From Callorhinchus milii (taxonomy: Eukaryota): 60,000 nt of DNA. Numbering within the stretch: position 1 is the stretch's first letter; every line of letters starts with the position of its first letter. The DNA lies in NCBI RefSeq assembly GCF_018977255.1, contig NW_024704742.1, forward strand, positions 38,938,001 to 38,998,000. Direction: 5' to 3'. Below are positions 1 to 12,821 of the stretch, one piece after another. A model generated the notes under the pieces. That model was not told the DNA's origin, did not search any database, and saw only the letters and a program-made list of their open reading frames with translations. Both the position numbers and the translations under genes were made by a program.

Positions 1-1542
1 AAGCAGGAGTTCCTGCTGGTCTTTTTTTTAAAAAACAAGAAAACCAAATTATGTATATACTTTTGAGCAGGTGCTAATCCAGCTGCGTAAGGAACATGTA
101 CAGTTTAGTGATTCAGTATGGTGCTTTGCTCATGGTTCAATTAGCATTCATGTTTTAAAGATTAAAAATAGGTCGGAGCCTCCCTCATTACTACTTTCCC
201 AAAATAATACTAATGAAACATTGCCATCCATCAGTACGTTTTATGACAGTAACACCTGTTAAACAACTAGTTAACTTTTATTGCCTTATTAATGCATTGT
301 GGAATCTGCTCCACCAAGCACCAGATCTTAAACATTGTTGTAGGATTGGAGAATTTACAATGTCTTAGTCTCCTGTCTTGTCCCTTATAGACATAAAAGA
401 ATTTAACTTGTGTGTAAGTGCATGAAGGAGACAGTAACTCTAGAGATCAGGACTTATGGACCAGATCAGTTTAAGTTTTACAGCTTTCTAGCTTTTGCAT
501 TTACAGGTCTCCCCCAGGAGCTCTTTATATTTCCATCTACTGAAGCATAGACTGAAGCAAACAGCTGGAAGGTCATAGAGAAAAGGCATCTGATCAGAAT
601 CATCTTGGTGTTGATATGCTCGGTCTCTTTAGAAACAATTTGCGGGCTGCTTGTGGCTCCTTTTCCCCACCTCAATGTATCCTGAATATAAGCTAAAAAC
701 AATGAGATTAAGCACACTGACATCAATGATTCTGTGCGGACTGGCTGAGAAATTTCCACTAAATTACGTTTCCTCCTGGTTGTCCATTTCACTCTGTGCT
801 GCAGAAGATAAGTGTATAAACTATTTCGCAGAGACCTCTTAGAAGTACAACTAGTTTCAAAAGGTGTGAAACTAAAATGGGTAAAGAGATCCATAATCAT
901 TTTCACAGTAGTATTTATTCGTAGAGTCCCTTTCTCATGAAATTGAAGATCAGAATTTAGAAGAATGATCTTCAATTTTTAATATATAAGTGTCTAATAA
1001 TACTAATAAGAAATCTTTAAAATACCTGATCCAAATGCCAGAGAAGACTGCAGCCAGGGCATATTTCAATTCATCAGAATAAGATGCAGGTTGATTTTGA
1101 TGAATTTTCAACACTAACAGCCAAACAATTATTTCAAGAAAGCAGTAAGTTTACTGGTGCCTCACTACCAGAAGTGCCTCAGGAGACAAATTGCATTTTC
1201 TGAAGACAAACTCATGTCACACAGACTTCTCTTCTGAGGAAATTCGGGTCGGAGTCAGCCTCTGATTTAATATTAATCTTGTTTGATCCAAAATATCTGA
1301 ATGAATGTCAGAAATTGAAAGCTAGTGTCTCATAGATCAGAACTTGTGTTCGTATTAAGCCGCTGGGAAATGTATTTTACCTCGATGTACTATACTGCTG
1401 GGCTGTCTTTGGCATCCTCCTTCAGGGCAAGTACATCATTTTCAGCTGAACGTCTCTAAGTGCTTCACAAATAGTTACTGTCAAGTATGGCAGTTGTTTT
1501 GGCAGTAGCCATTACACCATGAGATGAATCGCCAGTTAACAT

Positions 1543-1956
1543 AGGGGAATGTTGGCCAAGATAGCAGGAGAAACTCCTTTTTCTTTTTGAATAGTTATAT
1601 AGTGATACAGCATGGAAACAGGCCATTTGACCCAAAGAGTCTCTGCTGGTGTTAATAGTTTGCAAGCCTCTAGCCCTCCCATTCCCCTCAATTGCACCTC
1701 CATCTATTCTTTGTCCCTCATATATGCATCATGGTTTCTATTAAATATGTAATAGTATCATGGGATATTTAATGTTCACTTAAGCAGGCAGATGGGACCT
1801 CATTTTAACATCTCTCCTAAAGGTCAGCACCTTTGATAATGAAGCACTCCCCTAGTACTACACGAGATTGTCAGCCTGGACTAAGAATCTCAAGTTCCAA
1901 CTTGGGGCTTGAACCTTAACACCTAGAGGTAGGAGTGCTGCTAACTCAGCCAAGCT
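1543..1956 (-). mobile_element. Old Deu-type tRNA SINE, degenerate and interrupted
   Basis: Reverse complement resembles the head and body of the copies at 20455 and 23222. Confidence 0.6.
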
Positions 1957-3577
1957 TATAATAATTCTCAATAAAAAGCACAGGTGTGTTAGTAAGTGGC
2001 AACTCCCAGCACTCTAATACATCAACCATAACCACCAATTTGTCCCACTCCCAGTGTCATTTTGTACTTCCTGTCTTTATCTCATTGGCTCTTTCTTACT
2101 TGCCTTTTACTTATTAAATGGATATCCTACGAAGCTAACAAATGAAGAGGTGAATGGAAGTTTTATATCATACTGTATAAGGAGAGGACATTCGTAGCTA
2201 ATAAGTTAATGAAAATTGGGTGTTTAGGGCAGGAGTGTCACTGGGACTTGTGTAATAGATGCTTAGGGACTGTATTTCTGATTCTACCTTATCAGATTGC
2301 ATTGGCTGCAATAACTCTGTCATTTAGATGAAATGATTTAAATTGATCAAAACTTCTCATGGGGAAAGCACTGAAACTTCAGAGTTTTGATTCTGTTATC
2401 CAGGATTTTGATTCTATTAACTTCTTATTAGAGATAGCATAGCACCCAGAGTGTCACATTGATGTGTCATAGGGAAATTGTGACTGAAAGAGCGATGGCT
2501 GTGATTCTCAGATCTCTGCTGTATTTAGTGACATTGTCTGGGGGCCAGTAAACTTAGTTACCAGTGGAGAATTGCCACTTCAGTGAGTCACCAGCTAAGC
2601 ACATACAGCATTGCTGGTGTCTCAGCCTGTAAATCAGAGGCACTAACTCACAGTGGGAAGATGTTGCAGTTTGTATGTGAATTTAACTTATGACCACGTG
2701 TCAATAGTTTGAGCAATTTATGGAATTATTTGCTTCAGAATTTACAAATACACAGTATTCACTGAACATTAATTCTTACATTTATGAGGGTATGTGATAT
2801 CCTGAAGTTTACACTCAGTTGCCTTTGGGGATATGAAAAAACTATATTGTTCTGTAAAGTAAAGCAAAGCGACAGCCAGCAGCTTAGAATAGAGAGAAGC
2901 AGGGATATCTTGAAAGGGACTTTTAATATATGATGTTATATTTGTGTATAACTCAAATGGTGCATTCTTTATCTGATGAGGCAACTGTTTATGAGTGGGT
3001 CCCAAGTCTGAAGTTGCTGCATTCCACAAACTTCTGAAAATATGGTATTCATGGGCACGTTATATGAAAGACAATTAAAGTCTTGTATTTATGCTTTTCA
3101 CAGTGTTTGTAGTGTCACAGAAGAAAGAACTTTAATTTGTTTTAGGATCTATTGATATCAATCTCTCAAGGTACTTTACCATAACAGAAATGACTGTGAA
3201 ATGTATTGAACCTATATGTATCAGAGAGTTCACCGATGGCACAATCGTCCCACAATATTACTTAATAGAAAGTTTTCGTGCAATATTGTTTTAATTGGGT
3301 TCAGAATATAATATTCGCAAACCGGAAATGTTGTGTTAACTGCAACTTCTTGCCAATGTGCGGAGCTGTCTGAAAGCATAATAGTTGGGGGTCTATAAAT
3401 CCCAACCAAAGTTATAATGGGTCACGATCACTGATTAGCAGTGCGCATGCAGAAAGGCGGCCAGCCTCCCACACTAAGAAATGGCTGACTTCCGAGACTT
3501 TTCCCCCTTTCCCATTACTGTCACTGTGTGTGCTCAGCAGACAACAATGGAATGACATTTTGTCTTTTTGATTTCAG

Positions 3578-3622
3578 GCCCTCCAGGAAAACGAGGCAGA
3601 AGGGGAAGAAATGGTGAACCCG
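3578..3622 (+). CDS. COL25A1: Transmembrane collagen (type XXV-like) coding exon, 45 nt, (G)PPGKRGRRGRNGEP(G)
   Basis: Acceptor tgtctttttgatttcag and donor CG|gtaagt, phase 1/1. Perfect Gly-X-Y. Resembles the recalled human COL25A1 COL1 start GPPGKRGKRGRRGES. Confidence 0.9.
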
Positions 3623-3711
3623 GTAAGTTTCATCTTTAGTTGCAAATGTCACATTTTGTCCCACATGGATGTTTAGTCATTAAAGTAAAAAGGCAGTCAC
3701 AGGTGAATGGT

Positions 3712-4290
3712 TCTTATTAAAACACTGCTTAGGCCTCAGCGAGAGTACTGTGTTCAGTTCTGGGCACTACACAATGTCAGAATGTCAAGGCATTGGAGAG
3801 GGTGCAAAAGAGATTTACCAGGATGGTAACAGGAAGGAGCTACTTGAGTTATCAGGAGAGGCTGGAGAAGCTAGGATTATTCTTCTTGGAGCAGAGAAGG
3901 TTATGAGGAGAATTAATATAAGTTTTCAAAATTATGAGGGGATTCGATAGGGTGAACAAGCAGAAACTATTTCCACTATTTCCAGGCAGGTGGGTCGGTA
4001 ACCCGAGGACACCGGTTTAAAATAGTTGTTAAAAGAAACAGAGGGGAGGTGAGGTGAAATTTTTTCACACAATGAGTTGTTGGGATCTGGAATGCATGGC
4101 CTGAAAAGGTGGTGGAAGCTGATTCGATAACAACTTTTAAGGGAGATGTAGATAATTATTTTGGGAGGACAAGTTTGCATAGCTATGGGGAGAGAACAGG
4201 GGAGTGGGATTGATTTGGATAGCTCTTTTAAAAGACACAATGGGCCGAATGGCTTCCTTCTGTGCTGTATAATTCTATGATTCTATGATT
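3712..4290 (+). mobile_element. CR1 LINE 3' fragment (subfamily A)
   Basis: Degenerate ORF2 C-terminus (YCVQFWA...ALERVQ), ends in (ATTCTATG)n. Closely matches 49340-49908. Confidence 0.9.
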
Positions 4291-4867
4291 GTTTTTGTAC
4301 TGATGTAACAGCAGCATTGCAACATGTCTTAGTTCACTGGATTTCTATTAATAGTAGTATTGCTCCAATAATTGGGTTAAACATCTGTAATCCTTGGCAT
4401 TAAACTTTGGCTTTTGGCTTTTCTGCTCAGTATTCTGCACACTTCAAGCAGAGGAAGGAAATGGAGGGAAGGAGAAAGGAGTAGAGAGCATTAATAAAGT
4501 CCACCTGTAAATTTCTCATCATTTGTAATGTTTAAAAACAAACAAGAATTGCATTTATTTTAAAAGTCCATAAAATAAATGGCAATCAAAAAAGGTAAAC
4601 AACAAAGATTAAACACCAGAAAGAAGTTTTGCATGATAAATCTAGAGACAGATATGGGCAGGATTCTTTGGAGAGGTGATTACTGCACTATTCTCCTCAG
4701 ATCTCTAAGGCAGGCTGGAGATTGTTGTCCTGAATGGCTCCATTTGTTTTTGGTCAGATGGTTATTTGATACACATGGAAACCATTGCCATGCTTAAGAG
4801 TCTGAACCAAACTGCTGAGAGTTTTATACAAGTATGAATTCTGTTTGTCTGGTACAGAGCCCATACT

Positions 4868-5078
4868 TTCAGTCTATCTGCCCCCACTCTCTGGAACTCT
4901 ATTATGGAGTCCCTCTGACTCACTCCTACACTCACCTCTTTCAAGGTCTGTCTCAAAACATTCTTCTTTAACTGCGCTAACGGTCATTGTTTCCCCCACT
5001 TCCCTCGGCCCCCAAGCCAGGACTGTCAAGTGCCTTGGGACATCCTCCGATGTCTATATAAATGTATAATTGTATTGT
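4868..5078 (+). mobile_element. L2 LINE 3' end, degenerate
   Basis: ctctggaactc...ttcaagg...gccttgggacatcctcc and a (TGT)-like tail. Confidence 0.65.
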
Positions 5079-5880
5079 ACTTTCTCCCCTCAGAGGGTTG
5101 CACCCCGGAGGAGGAGTTTAGGTACAAGTTGGCAAGAGCTAAATCTTGGTTACTTCAAAGTGTAAATTGGGATACTGCTGGTGTTCAGACAACTAGAATG
5201 ATTGCAGCCTACCAATTAGTTTTAGCTTGTAGGATTAGAGCTTCCAGAGCTAAGTGGGAAGAATCCCTGCCCCCAGATACTGATCTGTTTCTCCGAGTCC
5301 TGAAGACAAGCCAGGGCGACTTGTGTATCATCAACAATGCCTTGGAGTATTATGGACCTGGTAACTATTAGACAACTAAACCACCAAAAGCGGATCACTT
5401 TTGATTCAGATCTTCCATTGCCGGGTATGTGTTCTTGAAAACAGCTCAACACCAAAGGGATCTGCTTTCTTTCCCCCACGTCCCCCTTCTGTAAGAGGAT
5501 ACACTAGTCCATCATTAGATATCTGACAACAACAACTTACATTTATATAGTGCTGTTCACATGGGATAGTGTCCCACAATTCAGAAGTTGTGAGATATTG
5601 AGCTCACAAATCAGACAACTACAGAATTACTACACTTGACAGCAATTACCTGTGAAAGATTTTGATATTTATAGGCTCAATATCAAATGAAAAGATGATT
5701 ATTATTATAGGGAAACATTAGTATATATGTTCAAAAATAAAGGATTATTTTTTACATTGTAAGGCACTGTCCACCTCGTATGATAGAGGCGATGTGCACC
5801 TGTGGTGTGATGCATACTCGAGTTATTGTACATTGTGATCTTTTTCTGCAACTAATCCATTCTGTTTTTGTTATGCATAA

Positions 5881-6100
5881 GGGGTCCAATTTTGGCGATA
5901 TTCTGAAAACAGCTAATTGTGATTTCTGAAAGCTGCCAAACTGAGGGAAGAAACCTCGGGACGTTTGTCGAGAGATGGCGTTTTACTCTTTGATGGATTT
6001 CAGAAATTACACTGTTTTGGGAATATTGGAGATTAGACAGCAAATTGGAAGTCAGAATTAGAACTACCCGCCCTTTTACAAATATGGCAAATTAGACCCC
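5881..6100. mobile_element. Putative MITE with ~22-bp imperfect TIRs
   Basis: Left end ggggtccaattttggcgatatt versus reverse complement of the right end ggggtctaatttgccatattt. No clear TSD. Confidence 0.4.
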
Positions 6101-8234
6101 AATGAATACATTTTGAAAGTTGAACTCAGGTCTGACCTCTTTACCAATTAGCATTTTCAGGCGGAGAAATATTTTACTCCATATATCTTTGAGAAACGTT
6201 TCTCTTTAATTTGTCAGATGAGCTTGCTTGCCAGCGTTGTAAATCACCTTAACCCCAACACTCAGGGGGAGGAGGTCAAGATTTCTGATGCGTCAACTCT
6301 TTTTATGTGTCTGTTTCTGCAAAGTTTTATGGAGGTCACTTGTCAGTCCTAAGTGGAGTGCTTCTCTTTATGAAGTCAAATAATGAGGGCTTAGGGTTAA
6401 CTTTTTACATGTTAGGAGACTAAAGTGACATGTTGCAGCAAGGCAGTAAAATTTCATTTATCCGAATCCTTCTCATTTAAAAATCCTTATTTTCCCAAAT
6501 ACCTCTATGTTTCATTCTGTTTAAGTCTTCTCTCACTTTCGCTCCAGAAGCTCAGTGAAATTAATGAAGCTTTATATGATCTAAACTAAAGTGGAATGGA
6601 ATGCTGCAGACCCATTTTAGGAAGTTTTGGAGGAACGATTTAAAAGTTTGTAAATATATGGATAAATGAAGGTCAGCAATGGTTGGCCCACACTATAAAA
6701 GCTAAGCCACTCTTTGACACATGTGTTTCTCAGTGTCAACTTCTACACATGTTCGTTGTAAACCACAAACATTATATTTCCCCCTCAAGAAGGATTGAAA
6801 GACAAACCAGCTGTTGTGCTGATGGGAAAACCATAATCAATATGTTTAATAAATGACATAAAGCTTCCATGTGGTACACAGAGGAGCAGCTTTTGTTTAG
6901 CCTCTTCTTTAAATACTAACAGGTTCAGCCAATCGCTCTCTCTGCAAAACCAAAAGCAGGACAAAATGGGTGAGCATTTCAGGGTCACCTTTCTCTGCAA
7001 GAGCATAAATAACCTGCACAGCTCTATACAAGAAAGACACATTATTAGCAGACATAATTACTGAACCACAAATCCTGAATCCTCAGCCTTCAGATACCAA
7101 CTATGTTTTTACTCCCGCACTTTCATTAAAAGAATAATACAGGTCAGCTATTTTCTTAATGTAATTTTGGGCTCTATGCTTGTTCTCTCTGTAAAGCAAG
7201 CTGTGCTTTACAAATTCAAGGAACATATAAGGGAAACATAAGCTCCCTTGAAACAAAGCAGGCTTCAAAGAGGGATGAGCTTTTCACACAAAAAGGCAAT
7301 AAAAATGCTTTTCTTCTAAGTCAACAATCTACTTCATTTCAAAAATTTCTAAATGGAGAAATACACGTGTGGCATTGCAACAGGAGGCACATTCAACAGC
7401 AACGGCATCTCACTTCATATTGATTGTGACGTGCGTTCCGATGATAAATGGATCGGGATAAGCCTGGTGTGCTGCTGAAATACAACACTGACCCCTGTGC
7501 CCTGTGGCTGCGTGTTTGAAGACAAGCATAGCTCAAGTTCAGCATCGTGGGTTCCAGGGTTTACAGACTGTGTGCTGGATGCTCGATGACGTTGGTTGGT
7601 ATGGCATCTGCGGGGTTTGTACAACACCCTGTGCTAGATTGTAGATGGCTGCAGCTAACGACAAGGACTCTGAAGTGACAGGTGGTTGGGCGGGAGCCTT
7701 GACCTGCCTCAAAATCAGGGAGGATTAGATGGAGGATGAAGAGTGCATGGCTGGATGCCTGAGAATAGTACCTCATTTACCAATGGAAGTAAACCAAAGG
7801 CCATATACATAAAGGCCAGAAACCAGTAAGACTCTCAATAAAGCAGCTCTTCATTCTTTCAATGGCCTTCTGAGACTTTTAATTAGTATAAATGTTTCAG
7901 CAAAACAATTTGAGATCTCATGAAGTGAAAAGTAGCTCTTGTTGACATAAAGGAGTGGAATTTATCTATCAAGTGGCTGGAGAAATAATTCCGTTAGACT
8001 GTGTCTTCAGTTGAGGTCATCACTCATGACATCTACTCAAGACCCTACCATTAAGATATGTTCATTGTGCTAACATTGAGATGTGTGTCATAAATGGGGA
8101 CTCAAAGGGTCAGGGGTGATAAGGACATTGGGTTGAAAAAGATCTTGTTAAGATTGAGTAAACATATATGGGGTTCTTTGGAGGAGACACACCTTAAATC
8201 CAAGATATGTTTTCAATGCAAGGTACCATCTAGT

Positions 8235-8520
8235 AACATAGGAAAACAGGGTGAGGCCATGCAGCCAATTGAGCCTGTGCCACCAGTTTATTAGATCTTG
8301 TCACATCTTTTAATCCCAATAATCCATCCTTTAGTCATCCACCTTAATATCTTTAATTCCAAAATACCTGTTTGTCTCTCTATTAAATATCCCTATTGAT
8401 TCAGTCTCTACAGGTTTCTGGGACAGAGCATTCACATCTCCATCATTCTATGTGTAAAGAAATGCTTTTTGACCTCATTTTGAACCATTTTGGTTCTGAT
8501 TTTAAGGCTATGCCCCCTTG
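8235..8520 (-). mobile_element. Old CR1 3' fragment
   Basis: aacatagga...ggccatgcagcc...gagcctg is the reverse complement of a typical CR1 3' UTR. Confidence 0.55.
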
Positions 8521-8813
8521 TAATGGGAAGTGTCATCCACTTAACTTGCTATTTCCCTGAGAAATGATTTTCCACTCTACTGTAGAACAAATGGACTGCA
8601 ATGGTCTTTTACTGTCCCTATATAAAAATGTTACAGTAACGAACTACTATAGTGAAATTTAATAGAGAGTTTTCACAGAACTAATTATTTCAATTATGGT
8701 TACCCGTTGTAAGATGGCCGTTCACACAATGTGAAACTCTGGGTGTATGAATTTGTTTATAGTGCAGAAGCTTCTGCCCCCACAACAACCATACTCTTAG
8801 CTAGTAAGCAATG

Positions 8814-9135
8814 TAATAATAATAATAATAATCCTCGCATTTGATATAGCGCTTTTCACGTCGGGAGGACGTCCCAAAGCGCTTCACAGAACACACTGTA
8901 AAGTGAATTGACTGTATATTTGTGGGCAAACGCAGCAGCCGATTGCGCACAGCAATGTCCCACAAACAGTCGTAGATTGAAAATGACCAATTTATTATTG
9001 TTTTTTGTTTTGGAGGGATTATTATTAGGCGTGTGGAGTAAGGAAACTTGCCCAAGGTTTCGCTCTGCCTGGAATTGAACTCAGGTCTCTCACTTGCAAA
9101 GCGAGTGCTCTAACCACTGAACTACAGGACTCCAC
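8814..9135 (-). mobile_element. Young tRNA-derived SINE, full length (~320 bp)
   Basis: Near-identical to five other copies. Has A/B boxes, an L2-like tail and (TAT)n. Confidence 0.95.
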
Positions 9136-9387
9136 CTAGTATCAAGGAATGTAACCTAGTATCAAGGAATATCCGTGAAGACCAGACCACTTGCTAAGTG
9201 CGCTGGTCGAAACCATTACCCCTAGAAAGTGATCTGCTAATCAATTAACAACTGGGTTCCTGCTTACTGCTAGGTAAACAGAGGCAAGTGAATTAAGGAA
9301 ATTTGCCTAAGGTTTCTTCCCGCCCGGGATTGAACTCTGGTCCTCTTGCTTGTGAGGCGAGCACGCTACCACTACACTAAAGGACTC
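9136..9387 (-). mobile_element. Older tRNA(Val-like)-headed SINE with CORE-like segment
   Basis: Reverse complement reads gagtcctttagtgtagtggtagcgtgctcgcctcaca...gttcaatccc...ccttaggcaaatttccttaattcacttgcctctgtttacc. Related fragments near 16415-16465 and 33228-33310. Confidence 0.7.
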
Positions 9388-11826
9388 AATAGAAGCATTA
9401 GAAATAATCGATAAAGAGGAATACAAAGATTGGTAGGGACTGAAATCTCAGGTTGGAGTAAGGACATTTCAGTGAGAGTGACCAATGAAGGAATGAAAAA
9501 GGTTCCTGCATGTTTTATTGAGTGTTTGGGAGAGTTGAAAACAGAAAATCTCATTACCTGCAGTGTGTTGCTACCATCAGGCTGCCATTAGTAAGAATGG
9601 GAGAAGTCTTTTAAAGTCAGGGGTGGCGACCTTCAGCAGCAAAAGAAATCTTGACAATATCAAAAGCACATTTTTGATCCAGACACAAATATTTAAAGTC
9701 CAGTTGCATTTCAGTTCCCCAGAAGCTGAAGTAGGTCATAAAACATAATGAAAAACTTTCGACTTAGCTCTTTGAGTCAATAAGCCAGAAATATTAGTCC
9801 CTATTTGCAAAGCTTTGATAATGCTCATAAGCAGAAACAGTTAAAGTGGCTTAAAAACTAAGGTAATTGGAAAAAATGTGCAAATATCACTTCACAAAGC
9901 ATGAGGGGTGTTTTTATAAGCTGAACCTGAAATGCTTGCCACATAGTAGTGATGAAAAGAAGCTTCCGGAGGGTAACGGGACTACTTCATTGCTTCATTG
10001 GCAATAAGAGGTAAGAGGATATAAGCAGACCCTTTGTCCCAGTGCCAAGGTTAAATGCCAAGGTTAAAAATAAATCTGTAATGTTGCACTTGAAGTGAAA
10101 TTCAATGCTGCCTTGCATGTTAAATTAAAAGTATAAATGGAGTAATTTGTGATATTAAAGTTATGAAAAAGGGCATGATTTGCATGCAACATAGAAAAGA
10201 AAGCATTCAGACAGACTCTGTTAGTTGCAGTTGAGCAGCATCCTTACTCTTACACCCAGCCTGTGAACTGCTGTTAAAATCATCGCTTGTGTTATATGTT
10301 AAGTTTGTCCAGAGTGATTTCTGGTTTCCTACGACATACATTATTCTGATTTAAGAGAAACACTGTGTTTTCTTCTCATACCATCTTTAGCATTCCTGCT
10401 AATATAGGTTTGATAAAATCAGATGGTTGTACCCAGTTAGGCATAGCCATCTCGCTCTGAGTTGACATAAAGCTAGAGTGAATCAGCCCAGAAATGGTCA
10501 TTCAGCCCAATTAGTCCTTGCCAGTGTTCATACTCCACACAAACCTCCACCCCTTCTATTTACCTCACTTCATCCCTCGATTCCCTTCTCGCTCATGTAT
10601 GCATCAAGTTGTCTCTTAAATACATTGATGAGTAATTTAGTTTAGACAAGTTTAGTTTTCCCAGATTGAAAAGAAACTGACTTTGCTTTGCTGTAATATC
10701 AGAGTATCTCCCCCCAGACTTTTACTGCAATTTCAAGCTTAGTACTTGCCCTGAAGCTCTAAATGTTCTTTGCAGCTTTTGAAATATGTGTCGTTTCCAG
10801 CCCCCCCACCCCCGATCGCCTCAAATAGCAGCTGCAAAAATGATCTTGTGTAAAATGTGAAGCCTGGATATAGTACAGACAAATGACAAAAGGAAAGAGC
10901 AGACATTTCTTCATCATATTATTCTCTGAATCAGCTGAAATAACATCATTATATTCTTTCATTCTGGGGCACAGTTCCATTCCAATTCTTAGAGTTCTCC
11001 TTTGAAAAGGCACCACCTGACATTTAACACTCTGCTGCCTGGTGATAATTCCAGTGCTTGATGCTCCGAGCTCCATGAGGTCCAATATCGATGCCAACAT
11101 CTGCCTGTAGATAAATGAAAGCTCTCCCAATATCCCCCAATATAATAATAATCAGCACTGAAGCACTCAGAAATAGAGAGGATTTGTATCATGAATCATA
11201 TCAAGTTGAAAAACCTCAACCTGCTTCCAAGTAATTGTTGTCAAATGTAATGACTGTATTTGGAGACAAATGTGGTCGCCATTTGCACAAGCAAGGTCCC
11301 ATACACAACTATGAAGTGAATGATAAGTAAACTGGAGGATTATTAACCAGCCGTAGTACATTGGTGGCAGTGTTTAACTTGTTGGAAATATAAGTGACAG
11401 AAGACAATCTTTGTGGCAACTGGACTCCATCCATAGGAGTTCTGGAGCGGTGTAAACTGCTCGGTTTCAGCCAGTTTAGCTGACAGAGAGTTAAGGGACA
11501 TAATTACATGCCACTGCTTAACTGGTTACTGTGATTTGTAGCCTTTGTAAACTCTGTCCCTAACCATGCGTACTCTTTGAGGTTGGACCTCGATCATGGG
11601 GAAAAACTTCCGAAACGTGAATTAAATCAGTGAAGTTTTGGACAAACTGTCATTTGTCAATTGAAGGTAACTAGTCCTGATAATATGGTACTCTCCAACT
11701 TTCGCCTCAAAAATATATCTACAATATAACAGTCTAGTACTGTACAAAACTATGAACAGTTTTAGAGGAATTTCACCTGAGTCTTCAGAGGTGCATCATT
11801 TGGCAAATTTTTAAGTATGGTATTCT

Positions 11827-12153
11827 GTGGAGTCCTGTAGCTCAGTGGTTAGAGCACTCGCTTTGCAAGCGAGAGACCTGAGTTCAATTCCAGGCACAGG
11901 GCGAAACCTTGGGCAAGTTTCCTTACTCCACACGCCTAATAATAATCCCTCCAAAACCAAAAACAATAATTAAATTGGTCATTTTCAATCTACGACTGTT
12001 TGTGGGACATTGCTGTGCGCAATTGGCTGCCGCGTTCGCCCACAAATATACAGTCAATTCACTTTACAGTGTATTCTGTGAAGCGCTTTGGGACGTCCTC
12101 CCGACGTGAAAAGCGCTATATCAAATGCAACGATTATTATTATTATTATTATT
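11827..12153 (+). mobile_element. Young tRNA-derived SINE, full length
   Basis: A box tagctcagtgg, B box gagttcaattcc, anticodon arm CTCGC-TTTGCAA-GCGAG (TGC, Ala-like), (TAT)n tail. Confidence 0.95.
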
Positions 12154-12197
12154 TTGTAAATTCTTCTAAGACCTACAGAAAAGCAGGTTCAAAGTTA

Positions 12198-12755
12198 ACA
12201 ACAACAACAACAAAATTACATTTCTATAGTGCCTTTCACGTCTCAAGGCACTGGACAGTGAGTGTTTTGGACCCGAGCTGGGGGTCGGGATCAGGGAGGG
12301 TGGAGGGCAGGGGGTGAAGGATGGTGATCGAAGTCACGGTCGAAGAGGAGGGTCTTGAGATGGGTCTTAAAGGAGGCAAGGGAGAGGGCAAGGCAGAGGG
12401 ACTGCGGGATGGAGTTCCAGAGGGTGCGGCAGAGTTGCTGAAGGCTTACCTCCCAATGGGGGGTGGGCGAGGTTAAGGTTACGGAGCCTGGTGCGGGCTG
12501 CAGAGGTCTGGATGTTCTGCAGCCTATGGAGGGAGGAGTTGGGTTGGTCGACAAGCAGGGAGTCAAGCCTGGATGTTATGAATGCGTTTATGAGGGTTTC
12601 GGCGGCCTGTGGTGTGAGACAGTGGCTGAGCCGGCGATGTTGCGGTGGTGGGGGAAGGCAGAGCGGGTCATGGCACGTATGTGGGGTAGAAAGGATAGTT
12701 GAGGGTCAAACAAGACGCCAAGGTTCCAGACTGGCTTAGTAAGGTGGAGTGTGCA
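12198..12755 (-). mobile_element. L2 3' fragment with internal deletions
   Basis: (AAC)n tail; similar to 25181-26047. Confidence 0.8.
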
Positions 12756-12821
12756 AAGTTAAGACTGAATTCAACAACTTGCCAAATTCTGGATACTCTA
12801 AGTAAAGTAATTTACTTTAAA

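Noticed and set aside
478..975. 165-aa minus-strand ORF
   Set aside because: Non-ATG start, no recognisable domain, antisense in an intron.
7380..7780. Relatively GC-rich unique segment with overlapping short ORFs
   Set aside because: No recognisable protein or RNA motif; it cannot be classified without a database search.
11827..11900. tRNA-Ala(TGC)-like sequence
   Set aside because: No intact acceptor stem, and it continues into a SINE body in every full-length copy. It is a SINE head, not a tRNA gene.
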